This document shows, piece after piece, positions 27,105 through 36,762 of a stretch of DNA of 64,000 nt. Each line of letters opens with the position of its first letter. The first letter of the stretch is position 1. Both the position numbers and the translations under genes were made by a program. The notes under the pieces were generated by a model. The model saw only the letters and a program-made list of their open reading frames with translations. It ran no database searches and was not told where the DNA came from. Source of the stretch: Fimbriimonadales bacterium (GTDB taxonomy: Bacteria > Armatimonadota > Fimbriimonadia > Fimbriimonadales > ATM1); contig JBGTLG010000033.1 of assembly GCA_041744215.1 (NCBI GenBank), forward strand, positions 116,129 through 180,128. Direction: 5' to 3'.

Positions 27105-28466
27105 TCAGGTTTGATGGCGAGAGGGGACCCTCGGCAAGTCGAGTTCGCCCGATTGGGTTGTCGTTGTATAGCGGATCAAGCGATCGAGAATCACTTTGAT
27201 GGTGCCAGCGATTGGAAACGCCAGGATCATTCCAAGCAACCCAAACAGCGCAGCGCCAGAGAAAACGACGAAGAAGCTGACGATCGGGTGCAAATCCACA
27301 GACTTGCCAACGACATTTGGGTGGACGAGCATATCCCAACAGATACCCACAACAAGGAAAACTGCAACGCAAAGGATGCCGTAATAGGTTGACTGGCCGA
27401 ACTCGATGAAAAGCCAACCAGTTTTTCCGCTTGAGACTACAGCAAGAAAAAGCACCGTTGCAGATAGCCAGTTTCCGATGTACGGAATAAGATAAAACAC
27501 ACCAAACAGCAACGCGAGAAAGATGCTGTATGGCACACCCAGAATCGTCATCAAGATCGACATGACGACAACATAGAGCGCAATGCTTGTCGTTAGCCCG
27601 CGGACATAGGAACCGAGCACCACGCCGATGTCGCCCAGAAGATCCGTAGCCGCCGGTCGAATCGATGGCGGAATCCAAGTGACAAACCTTCGTCGGAAGT
27701 TGTCGTAGTCGAACAGAAACAACAGCGTAAGAATGGGCGTGAAGATCAAGAAGATAATCGAAGATGTCAGGTATTCCAGGATGACATTCGCGCCGCCAAA
27801 TGCTCCGTTGACCAGGCCCTGGATCGATCTTTCAATTTGCATCCTGATCTGAAATTTTTCGTCGGCCTCTTCCACAGAAGTCGGCAGCCCTACACGCTTC
27901 AGCCACGCCTGATTGCTAACGAAAAACTGATCGACGATGCCGGGTCGAGTCAACTCGTCCCACTTCGCAAGTATCTCCGCCCTTGACTGCGGCACGTCGT
28001 AGCTGCGAAGCTGCTCATGCATGCTGCGGAAGAACGGCGAGAAGTAACTATCGCTCTTTGCTGGATCAGAAATCCACGACTTAAAGTCTGCGGCAGTGGC
28101 AGGATAACTCTCAGCACGAAGATTCGACTCGACAGCGGGATCCGCGTAGAAACGGATCAGCGATCCCGGTAAGACGGTTTCATTGACGTACTTTGTACCG
28201 ACTTGCTGAATCTCAGATAACTGAGCTGCGGCGCGCGGCGCGACGAGTGCCACAGTCGTGCCCACCACCACGAAGAAGCCGATGAAAACCGTCCAAACGG
28301 CCCAGCCTCGCTTAAATCCACGCATCCGCAACTTGCGAATGATAGGGTCAACCAGAGCCGAGACAAACATCCCGACGACAAACGGCAAGAGAATCGAGCG
28401 TACCGCGTAAAGGAACGCCACGACGACCACAACGATCGCCAGCCACAACAGCACTCTCGATCCCAT
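27105..28466 (-). CDS. AI-2E (PerM/UPF0118) family transporter
   Basis: ILLPFVV..DP, YVRG, LIPYIG, PNVVGKSVDLHP, GLLGMILAFP. Confidence 0.9.
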   Translation of the reverse strand: MGSRVLLWLAIVVVVVAFLYAVRSILLPFVVGMFVSALVDPIIRKLRMRGFKRGWAVWTVFIGFFVVVGTTVALVAPRAAAQLSEIQQVGTKYVNETVLPGSLIRFYADPAVESNLRAESYPATAADFKSWISDPAKSDSYFSPFFRSMHEQLRSYDVPQSRAEILAKWDELTRPGIVDQFFVSNQAWLKRVGLPTSVEEADEKFQIRMQIERSIQGLVNGAFGGANVILEYLTSSIIFLIFTPILTLLFLFDYDNFRRRFVTWIPPSIRPAATDLLGDIGVVLGSYVRGLTTSIALYVVVMSILMTILGVPYSIFLALLFGVFYLIPYIGNWLSATVLFLAVVSSGKTGWLFIEFGQSTYYGILCVAVFLVVGICWDMLVHPNVVGKSVDLHPIVSFFVVFSGAALFGLLGMILAFPIAGTIKVILDRLIRYTTTTQSGELDLPRVPSRHQT

Positions 28467-28488
28467 GCAGTAAGGATGGGACGGTTAG

Positions 28489-28725
28489 TTACGCGCCGAC
28501 TTCGTCGGCGATGGCGTTCGCAACTTTCATCGCGCCTTCTTTTCGCTGCTTGCCCCACTCCGTCACTTTGTGCTTGAGCTCGTCAAACTTGTGAGCAAGT
28601 TCTTCGCGTGTCTCGGAACCCGACTTCGGAGCGAGCAACAAGCCCGCCGCGGCGCCTACAAGCGCGCCGAGACCGACGCCAGCGAGAAAATACAGCATCA
28701 CATTCCTTTCATTCTGATCATTCAT
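28489..28725 (-). CDS. YtxH domain protein
   Basis: FLAGVGLGALVGAAAGLLLAPKSGSETR. Confidence 0.9.
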   Translation of the reverse strand: MNDQNERNVMLYFLAGVGLGALVGAAAGLLLAPKSGSETREELAHKFDELKHKVTEWGKQRKEGAMKVANAIADEVGA

Positions 28726-28728
28726 TTG

Positions 28729-29139
28729 TTATTCCTCCTCCGCCAGCTTGCGGGCGGATAGTGCTTTTTTAGTATCTGCTTTCCTTGATCTTACTACGCC
28801 AAAAACGCCAACGGCGAGGCGAATCGCATCCATCCAGAGCGGCGTGCTTGGCTTCTGGAAAACGCTGGCAATCCCCGAGACTGCCTTCACGACCGGTTCC
28901 GCCGCCTGGAGGGTCCCAGATGCATTCTCGGCAAGGCTCTCTATCCTCTGGACGGCCTTTCTTGCCTCAGCGAGCGTCGAGGCTACATCTGTGGTGACGA
29001 GCTTATCGACGTGGGCGACCAGCTCATTCACCTTTTGCCCTGTAGCCCCAATTCGCGAGAGCAGCGCCGACATAACGAGGAGCAATCCCACGAGAAGAAG
29101 GGACTGGACGATGAGCAAAACAACGATGAGCGTATCCAT
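28729..29139 (-). CDS. Membrane-anchored coiled-coil protein (DUF948/YtxG-like)
   Basis: N-terminal TM and heptad-rich helix, directly upstream of the ytxH-like gene. Confidence 0.7.
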   Translation of the reverse strand: MDTLIVVLLIVQSLLLVGLLLVMSALLSRIGATGQKVNELVAHVDKLVTTDVASTLAEARKAVQRIESLAENASGTLQAAEPVVKAVSGIASVFQKPSTPLWMDAIRLAVGVFGVVRSRKADTKKALSARKLAEEE

Positions 29140-29166
29140 AGCGGCTTGGTGACTCCGGAGTCCCTA

Positions 29167-29529
29167 TTATGCTTCGCCGGGCGGAGCCGGATTCCCTCCT
29201 GGGTCCACAGGCTCCCCAGATTTCGAAAACCTGCTAACTATGTCGACGACCTTCGGGAGGTAGTCAGCCCACCCATCTATTTCCGTGCCGAGATCAGCCT
29301 CAGTCGAATCATTTTGCGGGATCAATTGGTCTACTTGCCGATTGATTCCCTGAATCGACTCCATCGCTGGCACCACCTCTGCTTCCGTAAGCTTCTTCAC
29401 CGTGAGTTCGAGTTCGGCGATCCTCGCCGCCAATTCAGCGAACTGCTTCCCCAGCTGGATCGCGCGTACGATGAGGCCGACCCCAACTGCAGCGGTGAGC
29501 GCAGCAAGGCCAATAATCACGTACTCCAT
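29167..29529 (-). CDS. Membrane-anchored hypothetical protein
   Basis: N-terminal TM and coiled coil; overlaps the mnmA stop by 1 nt. Confidence 0.65.
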   Translation of the reverse strand: MEYVIIGLAALTAAVGVGLIVRAIQLGKQFAELAARIAELELTVKKLTEAEVVPAMESIQGINRQVDQLIPQNDSTEADLGTEIDGWADYLPKVVDIVSRFSKSGEPVDPGGNPAPPGEA

Positions 29530-30605
29530 CAGTTGTTTGCTCCTTGTCCGATTATAGTGCCCCCGGAGACAACGCCTTCGCCTTTGTAAAAGACGGCGGT
29601 CTGCCCCGGTGTCACTGCGCGAACCGGCACGTCGAAGCGCGCCCGCGATGGTGTTCCGGGAAAGACGGTGGCGGCGACCGGTTGCATGTTGTATCGAATC
29701 TTGCCCGTTACCCGCGTGGGTCCGTCGATTTGAGCGACAACGTCTTCGTAGAGCACTTCCCGGCTCAACAACTGATCGTCCGAGCCGATCACAACCCGAT
29801 TGGACTTTGGATCCACTTTCAAAACGTAAACGGGCCTACCGCCCACGTTCATCCCGAGTCCTCGTCGCTGGCCGACAGTGTAAAGCGCAACGCCGCCATG
29901 TTCGCCAATGACGTTCCCAGAAGTGTCGACGACCTCTCCCCGCTCGTGCGATTGCGGACGAGATTTCTTCATGAATTCGCGATATCCGCCAGCTTCACTA
30001 ACAAAACAAATCTCTTGTGAGTCTGGTTTTGACCAAACGGACAGCCCGAGATCACTCGCGATTTCGCGCGTCTCCCGTTTGCCCGGCAATTCACCGAGCG
30101 GAAACCGCGTTCGCGACAACTGCTGCTGATTGAGCATATACACGGCGTAACTCTGATCCTTTTCCCTGGCCCGGGCGCGAAGCAATCGCCACCGACCCTT
30201 GTAGTTACGTACGCGCGCGTAGTGCCCAGTTGCTAAGAATTCACAACCAATTTCGTCGGCCTTCTTCATAAGCAGGTCGAACTTCACACGTCGATTGCAT
30301 TCAACGCATGGATTGGGCGTACGGCCCGACTCATACTCGTCGAGGAAGTAGTCGATAACAGTTTGGCGAAACTCGTCGCGCATGTTGACAACATAGTACG
30401 GAATTCCAAGCCTGGACGCAACCCGGCGCGCATCTTCGACGGCGCCCAATGAGCAACACCCCGCATGTCGAGGGTCAGTCTGGCTTTCCTGCCAAATCTG
30501 CATCGTAACTCCGACAACGTCGTATCCGCGCCGAACCATCAGGGCGGCCACAACACTGGAATCCACCCCGCCGGACATTGCTACGAGAACCCGACGCTTC
30601 GCCAT
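29529..30605 (-). CDS. mnmA: tRNA 2-thiouridine(34) synthase MnmA
   Basis: AMSGGVDSS, TPNPCVECN, ATGHYA, KDQSY, DSQEICF, TPGQ. Confidence 0.97.
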   Translation of the reverse strand: MAKRRVLVAMSGGVDSSVVAALMVRRGYDVVGVTMQIWQESQTDPRHAGCCSLGAVEDARRVASRLGIPYYVVNMRDEFRQTVIDYFLDEYESGRTPNPCVECNRRVKFDLLMKKADEIGCEFLATGHYARVRNYKGRWRLLRARAREKDQSYAVYMLNQQQLSRTRFPLGELPGKRETREIASDLGLSVWSKPDSQEICFVSEAGGYREFMKKSRPQSHERGEVVDTSGNVIGEHGGVALYTVGQRRGLGMNVGGRPVYVLKVDPKSNRVVIGSDDQLLSREVLYEDVVAQIDGPTRVTGKIRYNMQPVAATVFPGTPSRARFDVPVRAVTPGQTAVFYKGEGVVSGGTIIGQGANN

Positions 30606-30618
30606 AAGACGCCTAAGT

Positions 30619-31761
30619 TTACCGGCGGACGAAGCCTCGGCTCCTTAGTTCGGCATCCGAGAGGAGTTCTTTGATGCCGTCGCCGGTCGAGCTTAGGAAA
30701 CTCCCGTTCGGATAGCGCACATACCAGGTTGGCGTCATGTTTACGCCTAGCTTGTAAGCATCCAGCCGGTCCTGGTGCACAGCCTCCGAAAACGGCTTGC
30801 GAAAATCAATGTCATCGATGACCCTCTTTGCTTCGTTTGCGTCCATTTCTAAGAGTGTTATAAGATTCAGCATCGAGTCGTGATCTGCTTGATCTTGGTT
30901 CTTCATCATAAGGTCAACAAACTCGAAGAACTTCCCTTTGGATTTTGCCCATTCTGCTAGGATCGCGGCGGTCCCGGAGTTTGGATGCGTGGCGATCAAC
31001 GGGAAATGTCGATAGATCAGTCGCGCTTGTCCACTAAGGCGGTTTTCAATGGTCTGCTTTACGAACTCGTGGTTTCGGGCGCAGCTTGGACAATGGAGGT
31101 CTGAGAACGCGACAATTGTGATTGGCGCATCCTTGGGGCCGAGAGAAGCTGAGGTTTCCCTAATCAATTCAATTTCGTTGTTGGGCACAACTTCTTGAAT
31201 ATTGAGCGCTAAACGAGCCCCTTCTTTCGAGGTGATGAAACCCCACCCTGCGCCTCCTAAGACGATTACCCCTCCGACGATTGCCATTCCTATGATGGGT
31301 ATCGACTTGCCCGCGCCAAACTCTTTCTTCGATAGGCCGAGCGTCTGGGTCACCAAACCGAGAAACATGATCACGCCACTCGCCCAACACCAACTGCACA
31401 TCGCCCGGATCTCGAAGGTTGCGTGAGCCAACATGACGACGCTAACGACGGTGCCAGCAAAAAGCAATCCCCAAAGCCAACCTCCAACTTCTCGCGTGTT
31501 TGAGACCCCACGCGCCTCGCGCACCATCGTGAGCAGAATCGCGAGCAGATACAAAGATGCACCGAAGAACGCGGTGGGAACCCCTTGAACCCACGCCCAG
31601 GTGTCGCCTGCGATCTGGTCACAACCTGATACCTGGCCCTGGGCCACCTCCCCGCAAGGAAGGCTTGCGCCGAACATATGGAAGAACCCGGTAATGAGTG
31701 CAACGGCGGCGCCGCAGCACGCGAGAAGAAACACGATTCGATTAGATAGGTCTGGCCTCAT
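30619..31761 (-). CDS. VKOR family protein fused to a DsbA/thioredoxin domain
   Basis: VKOR loop Cys pair and CSWC; C-terminal CPSC, RHFPL and TP loop. Confidence 0.9.
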   Translation of the reverse strand: MRPDLSNRIVFLLACCGAAVALITGFFHMFGASLPCGEVAQGQVSGCDQIAGDTWAWVQGVPTAFFGASLYLLAILLTMVREARGVSNTREVGGWLWGLLFAGTVVSVVMLAHATFEIRAMCSWCWASGVIMFLGLVTQTLGLSKKEFGAGKSIPIIGMAIVGGVIVLGGAGWGFITSKEGARLALNIQEVVPNNEIELIRETSASLGPKDAPITIVAFSDLHCPSCARNHEFVKQTIENRLSGQARLIYRHFPLIATHPNSGTAAILAEWAKSKGKFFEFVDLMMKNQDQADHDSMLNLITLLEMDANEAKRVIDDIDFRKPFSEAVHQDRLDAYKLGVNMTPTWYVRYPNGSFLSSTGDGIKELLSDAELRSRGFVRR

Positions 31762-31917
31762 ATCAAGTCGCTATTGTGACGGGACTAACGGCCCGAACGC
31801 ACCTAATCCAATACAACACCGAAACCCGAACGAAGATTCCTCGTCGAAATAGATGCGCATGTCCTCCAGGGGTCGAGGTCAAAAATAGCCTTAAGAGGCT
31901 CCCCGACCCCGCTCGAG

Positions 31918-32469
31918 TTGAGAGGCCGAGTCAATGAAGACTCGGCCTCGCTCATTTGGTTGACATCCTTGGCGGGAGTGACCTATGGGTCTGTGAAATC
32001 ACAGACTTATCGCGAAGCGGTGTTGAAGGTGGCGCAGTCAGAATTGAAGCAAGGCGCACGGGAAATCGGTGGAAACAACCGGGGCCCATTCGTCGACAAG
32101 TACTTAGCCCCGAGCGGAGTCCGCGCACCGCAGCCCTGGTGCGCCGCGTTCGTTTCATGGTGCCTGCTGCGAGCAGCTCAAGACCAGCAAGTTCGCCCAC
32201 CTCTGCCCTATCTGATCCGAGTGAGGTCGGTTTGGTCCGAAGCGAACAGGCGGGGCTGGGTGACCGAGGATCCACAACCTGGCGACTTAGTGGTTTGGTG
32301 GCGAGGGAGCAAGACAGGGCCCCTCGGCCATATAGGCATCGTTGAGGCCAGGGCGGGCAGCCTTCTTGGCACGATTGAGGGGAACCGGACGTCGCGTGTG
32401 GCTCAGTTTTCCTATCGCTTAGGGCGGATGCCCCGGCTACTGGGGTTTGTTCGAATCGACATCGACTGA
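31918..32469 (+). CDS. CHAP-domain amidase (start uncertain, probably ~31960-31993)
   Basis: PWCAAFVSW, PQPGDLV, GHIGIV, TIEGN. Confidence 0.85.
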   Translation: MRGRVNEDSASLIWLTSLAGVTYGSVKSQTYREAVLKVAQSELKQGAREIGGNNRGPFVDKYLAPSGVRAPQPWCAAFVSWCLLRAAQDQQVRPPLPYLIRVRSVWSEANRRGWVTEDPQPGDLVVWWRGSKTGPLGHIGIVEARAGSLLGTIEGNRTSRVAQFSYRLGRMPRLLGFVRIDID

Positions 32470-32573
32470 CCCGACCCTGTCAGATTTGTCGATTTTGCTC
32501 AACTTAGCTGGAATATAGAACACATCGTGGAACTGAGTCGTCTAAGCGGTTGTTGACACTTGCAGGAGACACG

Positions 32574-33188
32574 ATGAGTACCGACGCAGCTACGATCCTT
32601 CCTCTTCGCAACACCGCCTCCTTTGAGGAACTCATGGAACGGACCTATAAAAAGGTCTACAACATGGCCTATCGACTTTCCGGAAATGCGGCCGATGCAG
32701 AGGATCTTACTCAGGAAGCTTATTTTAGGGCACTGCGCAGCTTCAACACTTATGAGGGCGATAAGCCGTTCGAAAACTGGATTTTCCGCATTCTTTCGCG
32801 ACTTTTCTTGGATTTACTGCGGTACCGCAAGCGGCGAGTACCGACCGTGAGCTACGACGCACCCATCCCCCAAGACGGCGACGACAACCTTTTTTTTGAC
32901 AAAGCCGATGAGACACCTGACCCTGAGCAGAGCCTGTTCGGCGGAATCGTCGGAGAACAGATGGAGGCCGCACTTAAGACTCTTTCTCCCGACCAGCGCC
33001 TGATCGTCCTCCTCGCCGACGTCGAGGGGATGCCATACAAAGATATAGCCGACATCGTCGGCGCACCGATTGGAACGATCCGCAGCCGCCTGCACCGGAC
33101 GCACAAAGCGCTTCGTAAGGCGTTGCTGAACTGGGAAAAATCGAACCCTAACCACATCGGCAACATGAAGCTGTGCAGCGCGCTTTAG
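32574..33188 (+). CDS. ECF sigma-70 factor
   Basis: DAEDLTQE, WIFRI, YKDIADIVGAPIGTIRSRLHR. GGAG SD before ATG 32574. Confidence 0.93.
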   Translation: MSTDAATILPLRNTASFEELMERTYKKVYNMAYRLSGNAADAEDLTQEAYFRALRSFNTYEGDKPFENWIFRILSRLFLDLLRYRKRRVPTVSYDAPIPQDGDDNLFFDKADETPDPEQSLFGGIVGEQMEAALKTLSPDQRLIVLLADVEGMPYKDIADIVGAPIGTIRSRLHRTHKALRKALLNWEKSNPNHIGNMKLCSAL

Positions 33189-33289
33189 CGCAGCGAGCCT
33201 CCTCTCTCTACAGCAAGTATCCCCGCACACGCGCCAAGCCGCGCGGACTCGGCGAAGGTCCCGCGCAGTAGAATAAGAAGGGCGGGAAC

Positions 33290-35878
33290 ATGTCTCCTCG
33301 CGCAGAACCAAAGGCCTTCTTGTTTACGGACATTGTTGGGAGTACCGAGCAATGGGAACTTGATCGTGCGCGGATGGGCGTCGCACTGTCGCTCCACGAC
33401 GACGCGCTCAGAAACGCGATCGCGTCGTGCGGGGGCCACCTCTTCAAGCACACGGGCGATGGAGTCTGCGCGGCATTTTCCAGTGCCCGTGACGCCGTGG
33501 GTGCGGCGCTCGATGCTCATCGAAGGTTGAGTAAAGTCGAGTGGCCGGAAGGGTGTGGCTTGCAGGTGCGAATGGCGATTCACGCCGGTCCCGCGCAAGA
33601 GCGTAGCGGCGACTACTTCGGACCAACAGTTAACCGGACCGCTCGACTTCTCTCTGTCGCGAGTGTCGGCCAAGTGGTGTTGAGCGAGACCGCCTCTCGG
33701 GCGGCAAAAGTTGGCACGCTCGAAAACGGTGCCTCGCGCTACCTCGGGTCCTTCAGATTCAAGGGCATAGAGACGTCGATGCGAACGTATGTCCTCGTTC
33801 ATCCTGATCTTCCCATCTCTGAGACGAGCGGTAACAACAGCTCCCGTTCAAAGAAGCCGAAACACAATCTGCAAGAGGATGAGCGACCGTTTATTGGGCG
33901 ACAAGCAGAACTTGCGAACTTGCGGCATCGCTTTCTTTCGGAGCGACAGCGATTGGTCACGATCACCGGTATCGGCGGTATGGGGAAGACTCGGCTTTCG
34001 CGGCAATTCGCGCGGACGGCAGCATCCGACTTTGCTGACGGCGCAGTGTTCGTCGAATGCGAGTCTGCAAGCACTCGAGACGAAATCGCGTCGGTGATCG
34101 CCACGACGTTAGGCATTCCGTCAGGCAGTGTCAGTCCTGTGGAGGCTATCGAAAAGCATCTCTTCAAACGGGAGATGCTGCTTGTCTTGGATTGCTTCGA
34201 GGGCGCAGTTGAACACGCACGATTAGTGGAGCAACTCATCGCAAGCTGTCCTAGCGTGCGCGTACTTGTGACGAGCCGGGTCGTGCTTGGCGTTCCCCGC
34301 GAACATGAACTTCCGCTTCAGCCCCTCGCTGGGAACGAGCGATCCCGCATCAATGACGCAGTCGAGCTCTTCTTAGAGTGCGCAGGCCACGTAGTCGACG
34401 GACTCGACGTTACGAGACAAACCCGCAAGATTGTGTCAGATATTGTCGAACGTCTGGAGTGCGTGCCGCTCTCGCTCGTACTGGCTGCTTCGCGACTGCG
34501 CTATGTGTCTCTCAACGAGCTGCGAGCGACGCTCGACATCGAGCGCATCTCCGTATTGCACCGCAGGCAGCCGGGAACCGACCGACACGCGCGCATCGTC
34601 GACGTTATCGCGGGCTCACTACAGCTTCTTCCCGAAACAACGAAGCAGGCCTTCGTGGAACTGAGTGTTTTCACTGGCGGATTCACGCGCTCGGCTGCAG
34701 CGGAGGTGTGCGGCCGAAATGTGGCAGAAGAAATCGAGCTGCTCCGCGACCACAGTCTTGTTGTCATGTCCAGTGCTGGCATTGAAACTCGATACAGAAT
34801 TCTGGACACACTCCGCGAGTACGCGCTATCAACAGCAGATTGTAAACAACTTGAGTCCGCAAAGCAGCGACATTCAGCATGGTTCGCTCACATCGCGACA
34901 GCGATCCGGGAATCATCGGAACGCGGCGAATGGGAATCCGCAACCGCAACTCTACACCAAGAACTCGGCAATCTGAAATCAGGAATCGCATACGCTATTG
35001 AGACCCATCAACACGCACTCATCCGCGACTATGCGAACGGACTACTACGCTCTCTATTCGAAAATGGACTTTATGCAGAGTTCGAATCACTCAGCACAGG
35101 AGCGATCCGCGCGAGCACCTCGTTAGAAGACCTGAATCTCACGATCATGGTGTTGGGGCTAAAAGGCGCACTTCAGTCCCGGCTCGGAGACGACTTAGAA
35201 GCTGAAAAGACATGGAAAGAACGCCTGAATCGCTGTGCTGAAGCCAACAACCAAGAACAGGCCGCGGACACGCTGATTGATCTGGCGAACATCGCCAGAT
35301 CATCAGGAAATCTCGAAGTCGCTCGCGCCTACGTAACTGATGCTGAACGCGCTGCAACTGAGGCGGGCATCCCGGGATTACTGGCGACGGTAGTCGTTGC
35401 CCGAATCGACTTAATGATTCAGGAGGGAAACCGCAGCGAGGCTGAGGAGTTGGCTGTCCGGCTGTCAAAAGAGGCATCGGATCCGAGCGCGGCAGACTAC
35501 TGGTTATACGTGTTCGGATCGCTCGGACGCATCTTTGGAGAACTCGGCAAGTTTAGGGATGCGGTCGCAGCACTGAATCGCGCTCTCGACCTCGCTATGA
35601 AGGCCGACAGAAAATTCGCCGCCGGTTTCGCGTTGGCGCACATCGGTCAGGCGCTGTCACGCCTTGATAGAGTCGATGCCGCCTACGCCGCGCTCTGCGC
35701 CTCCACAAAACTCCATTCCCACCTCAAATCAAAGATGCGAAAGGGGAGTTCCGCCGCCTTCCGCAGATTTCGCAACAGACAGCGAGAGTACGACTCGACC
35801 CCGGACGCCGCACGGGTACGCGGATTAGAATGGGAGGTGCTCGCGACAAGGGTCTTGGCCCTGGCTGAAGGCGATTGA
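33290..35878 (+). CDS. Class III adenylate cyclase - STAND/NB-ARC ATPase - TPR protein
   Basis: FTDIVGST, KHTGDG, DYFGPTVNRTARL; Walker A GIGGMGKT; LLVLD; VTSR; C-terminal TPR-like helices. Confidence 0.9.
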   Translation: MSPRAEPKAFLFTDIVGSTEQWELDRARMGVALSLHDDALRNAIASCGGHLFKHTGDGVCAAFSSARDAVGAALDAHRRLSKVEWPEGCGLQVRMAIHAGPAQERSGDYFGPTVNRTARLLSVASVGQVVLSETASRAAKVGTLENGASRYLGSFRFKGIETSMRTYVLVHPDLPISETSGNNSSRSKKPKHNLQEDERPFIGRQAELANLRHRFLSERQRLVTITGIGGMGKTRLSRQFARTAASDFADGAVFVECESASTRDEIASVIATTLGIPSGSVSPVEAIEKHLFKREMLLVLDCFEGAVEHARLVEQLIASCPSVRVLVTSRVVLGVPREHELPLQPLAGNERSRINDAVELFLECAGHVVDGLDVTRQTRKIVSDIVERLECVPLSLVLAASRLRYVSLNELRATLDIERISVLHRRQPGTDRHARIVDVIAGSLQLLPETTKQAFVELSVFTGGFTRSAAAEVCGRNVAEEIELLRDHSLVVMSSAGIETRYRILDTLREYALSTADCKQLESAKQRHSAWFAHIATAIRESSERGEWESATATLHQELGNLKSGIAYAIETHQHALIRDYANGLLRSLFENGLYAEFESLSTGAIRASTSLEDLNLTIMVLGLKGALQSRLGDDLEAEKTWKERLNRCAEANNQEQAADTLIDLANIARSSGNLEVARAYVTDAERAATEAGIPGLLATVVVARIDLMIQEGNRSEAEELAVRLSKEASDPSAADYWLYVFGSLGRIFGELGKFRDAVAALNRALDLAMKADRKFAAGFALAHIGQALSRLDRVDAAYAALCASTKLHSHLKSKMRKGSSAAFRRFRNRQREYDSTPDAARVRGLEWEVLATRVLALAEGD

Positions 35879-35946
35879 AGGACTATCAGGGGGCTGCGGC
35901 GAAGCTAGTTGTCACCCCGGAGACGCCGGGAATGGAGGAGTTAATT

Positions 35947-36672
35947 ATGTTTGACAGTCTCTTTGAGTACCAGAAACCGATTCAGTCACGCCTGGTTCAA
36001 CTTGATCATGAGGGTAAGGACCTCTTGTGGTTTGAAGATCACCATTGGAAGAGCATCGCCGGGATGTTCTTGAACCCTCAATCTTGGGCGGGCAATCGAC
36101 ACTCGATCGCGGATCGATTCTTTATCTACGTATCGGAACCTCGCAGAACCGGACCCGATCTAGCAGACGGCCACGTCAGGGTGACAGGGATCGAAGGTAC
36201 GGGAATGTTGCTCGTCGAAGGCAAGATGCTCGCGCAGACGCCGGTCGATAGGAAGCCGCTGCAAGACCTGATCGCTGATGGCGACCTAGTAATGCCATCC
36301 GACCTCTTGGAAGTCACGGAGATTCGAGGAGAACGAGACGCGTATTTTCACCTGCAGTTGCCTTCCGACCCAGCTCAAGGAGCGCTCGCAGCGTGGCACC
36401 TTGCCGCTGTCAGCGGCAGTTTCCGGGCGGTCGAGGCGTTTTGCAGGCAGGAAACCAGAACTGTGCGGCGACCGGATGGCTCGCTCGACTCCGCAGTCCC
36501 AGCAGGGCCGCGTCGGACACAGCATCACTACACTCCAACTGCAGGCATGAGGTTCTATACCGAAGGTGATGTGAATCTTCCGAAGCCACCTTGCCTTGTC
36601 GGTCCGGGGACTCAGTCGCTAAGCTATCCAGACACCTACGAATACGACACCCTGATCATGAAGATGTACTGA
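35947..36672 (+). CDS. Hypothetical protein
   Basis: GGAGGAG SD 6 nt before ATG 35947; no recognised motif. Confidence 0.65.
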   Translation: MFDSLFEYQKPIQSRLVQLDHEGKDLLWFEDHHWKSIAGMFLNPQSWAGNRHSIADRFFIYVSEPRRTGPDLADGHVRVTGIEGTGMLLVEGKMLAQTPVDRKPLQDLIADGDLVMPSDLLEVTEIRGERDAYFHLQLPSDPAQGALAAWHLAAVSGSFRAVEAFCRQETRTVRRPDGSLDSAVPAGPRRTQHHYTPTAGMRFYTEGDVNLPKPPCLVGPGTQSLSYPDTYEYDTLIMKMY

Positions 36673-36762
36673 GTGCGACCGTGAAGCGGCGCGGATGGAT
36701 TCCGCAGTTCGAAGGCGCGGCTCGGATATAATTCCGCCATAGAAGCCGAAAAGGAGCAAGCG

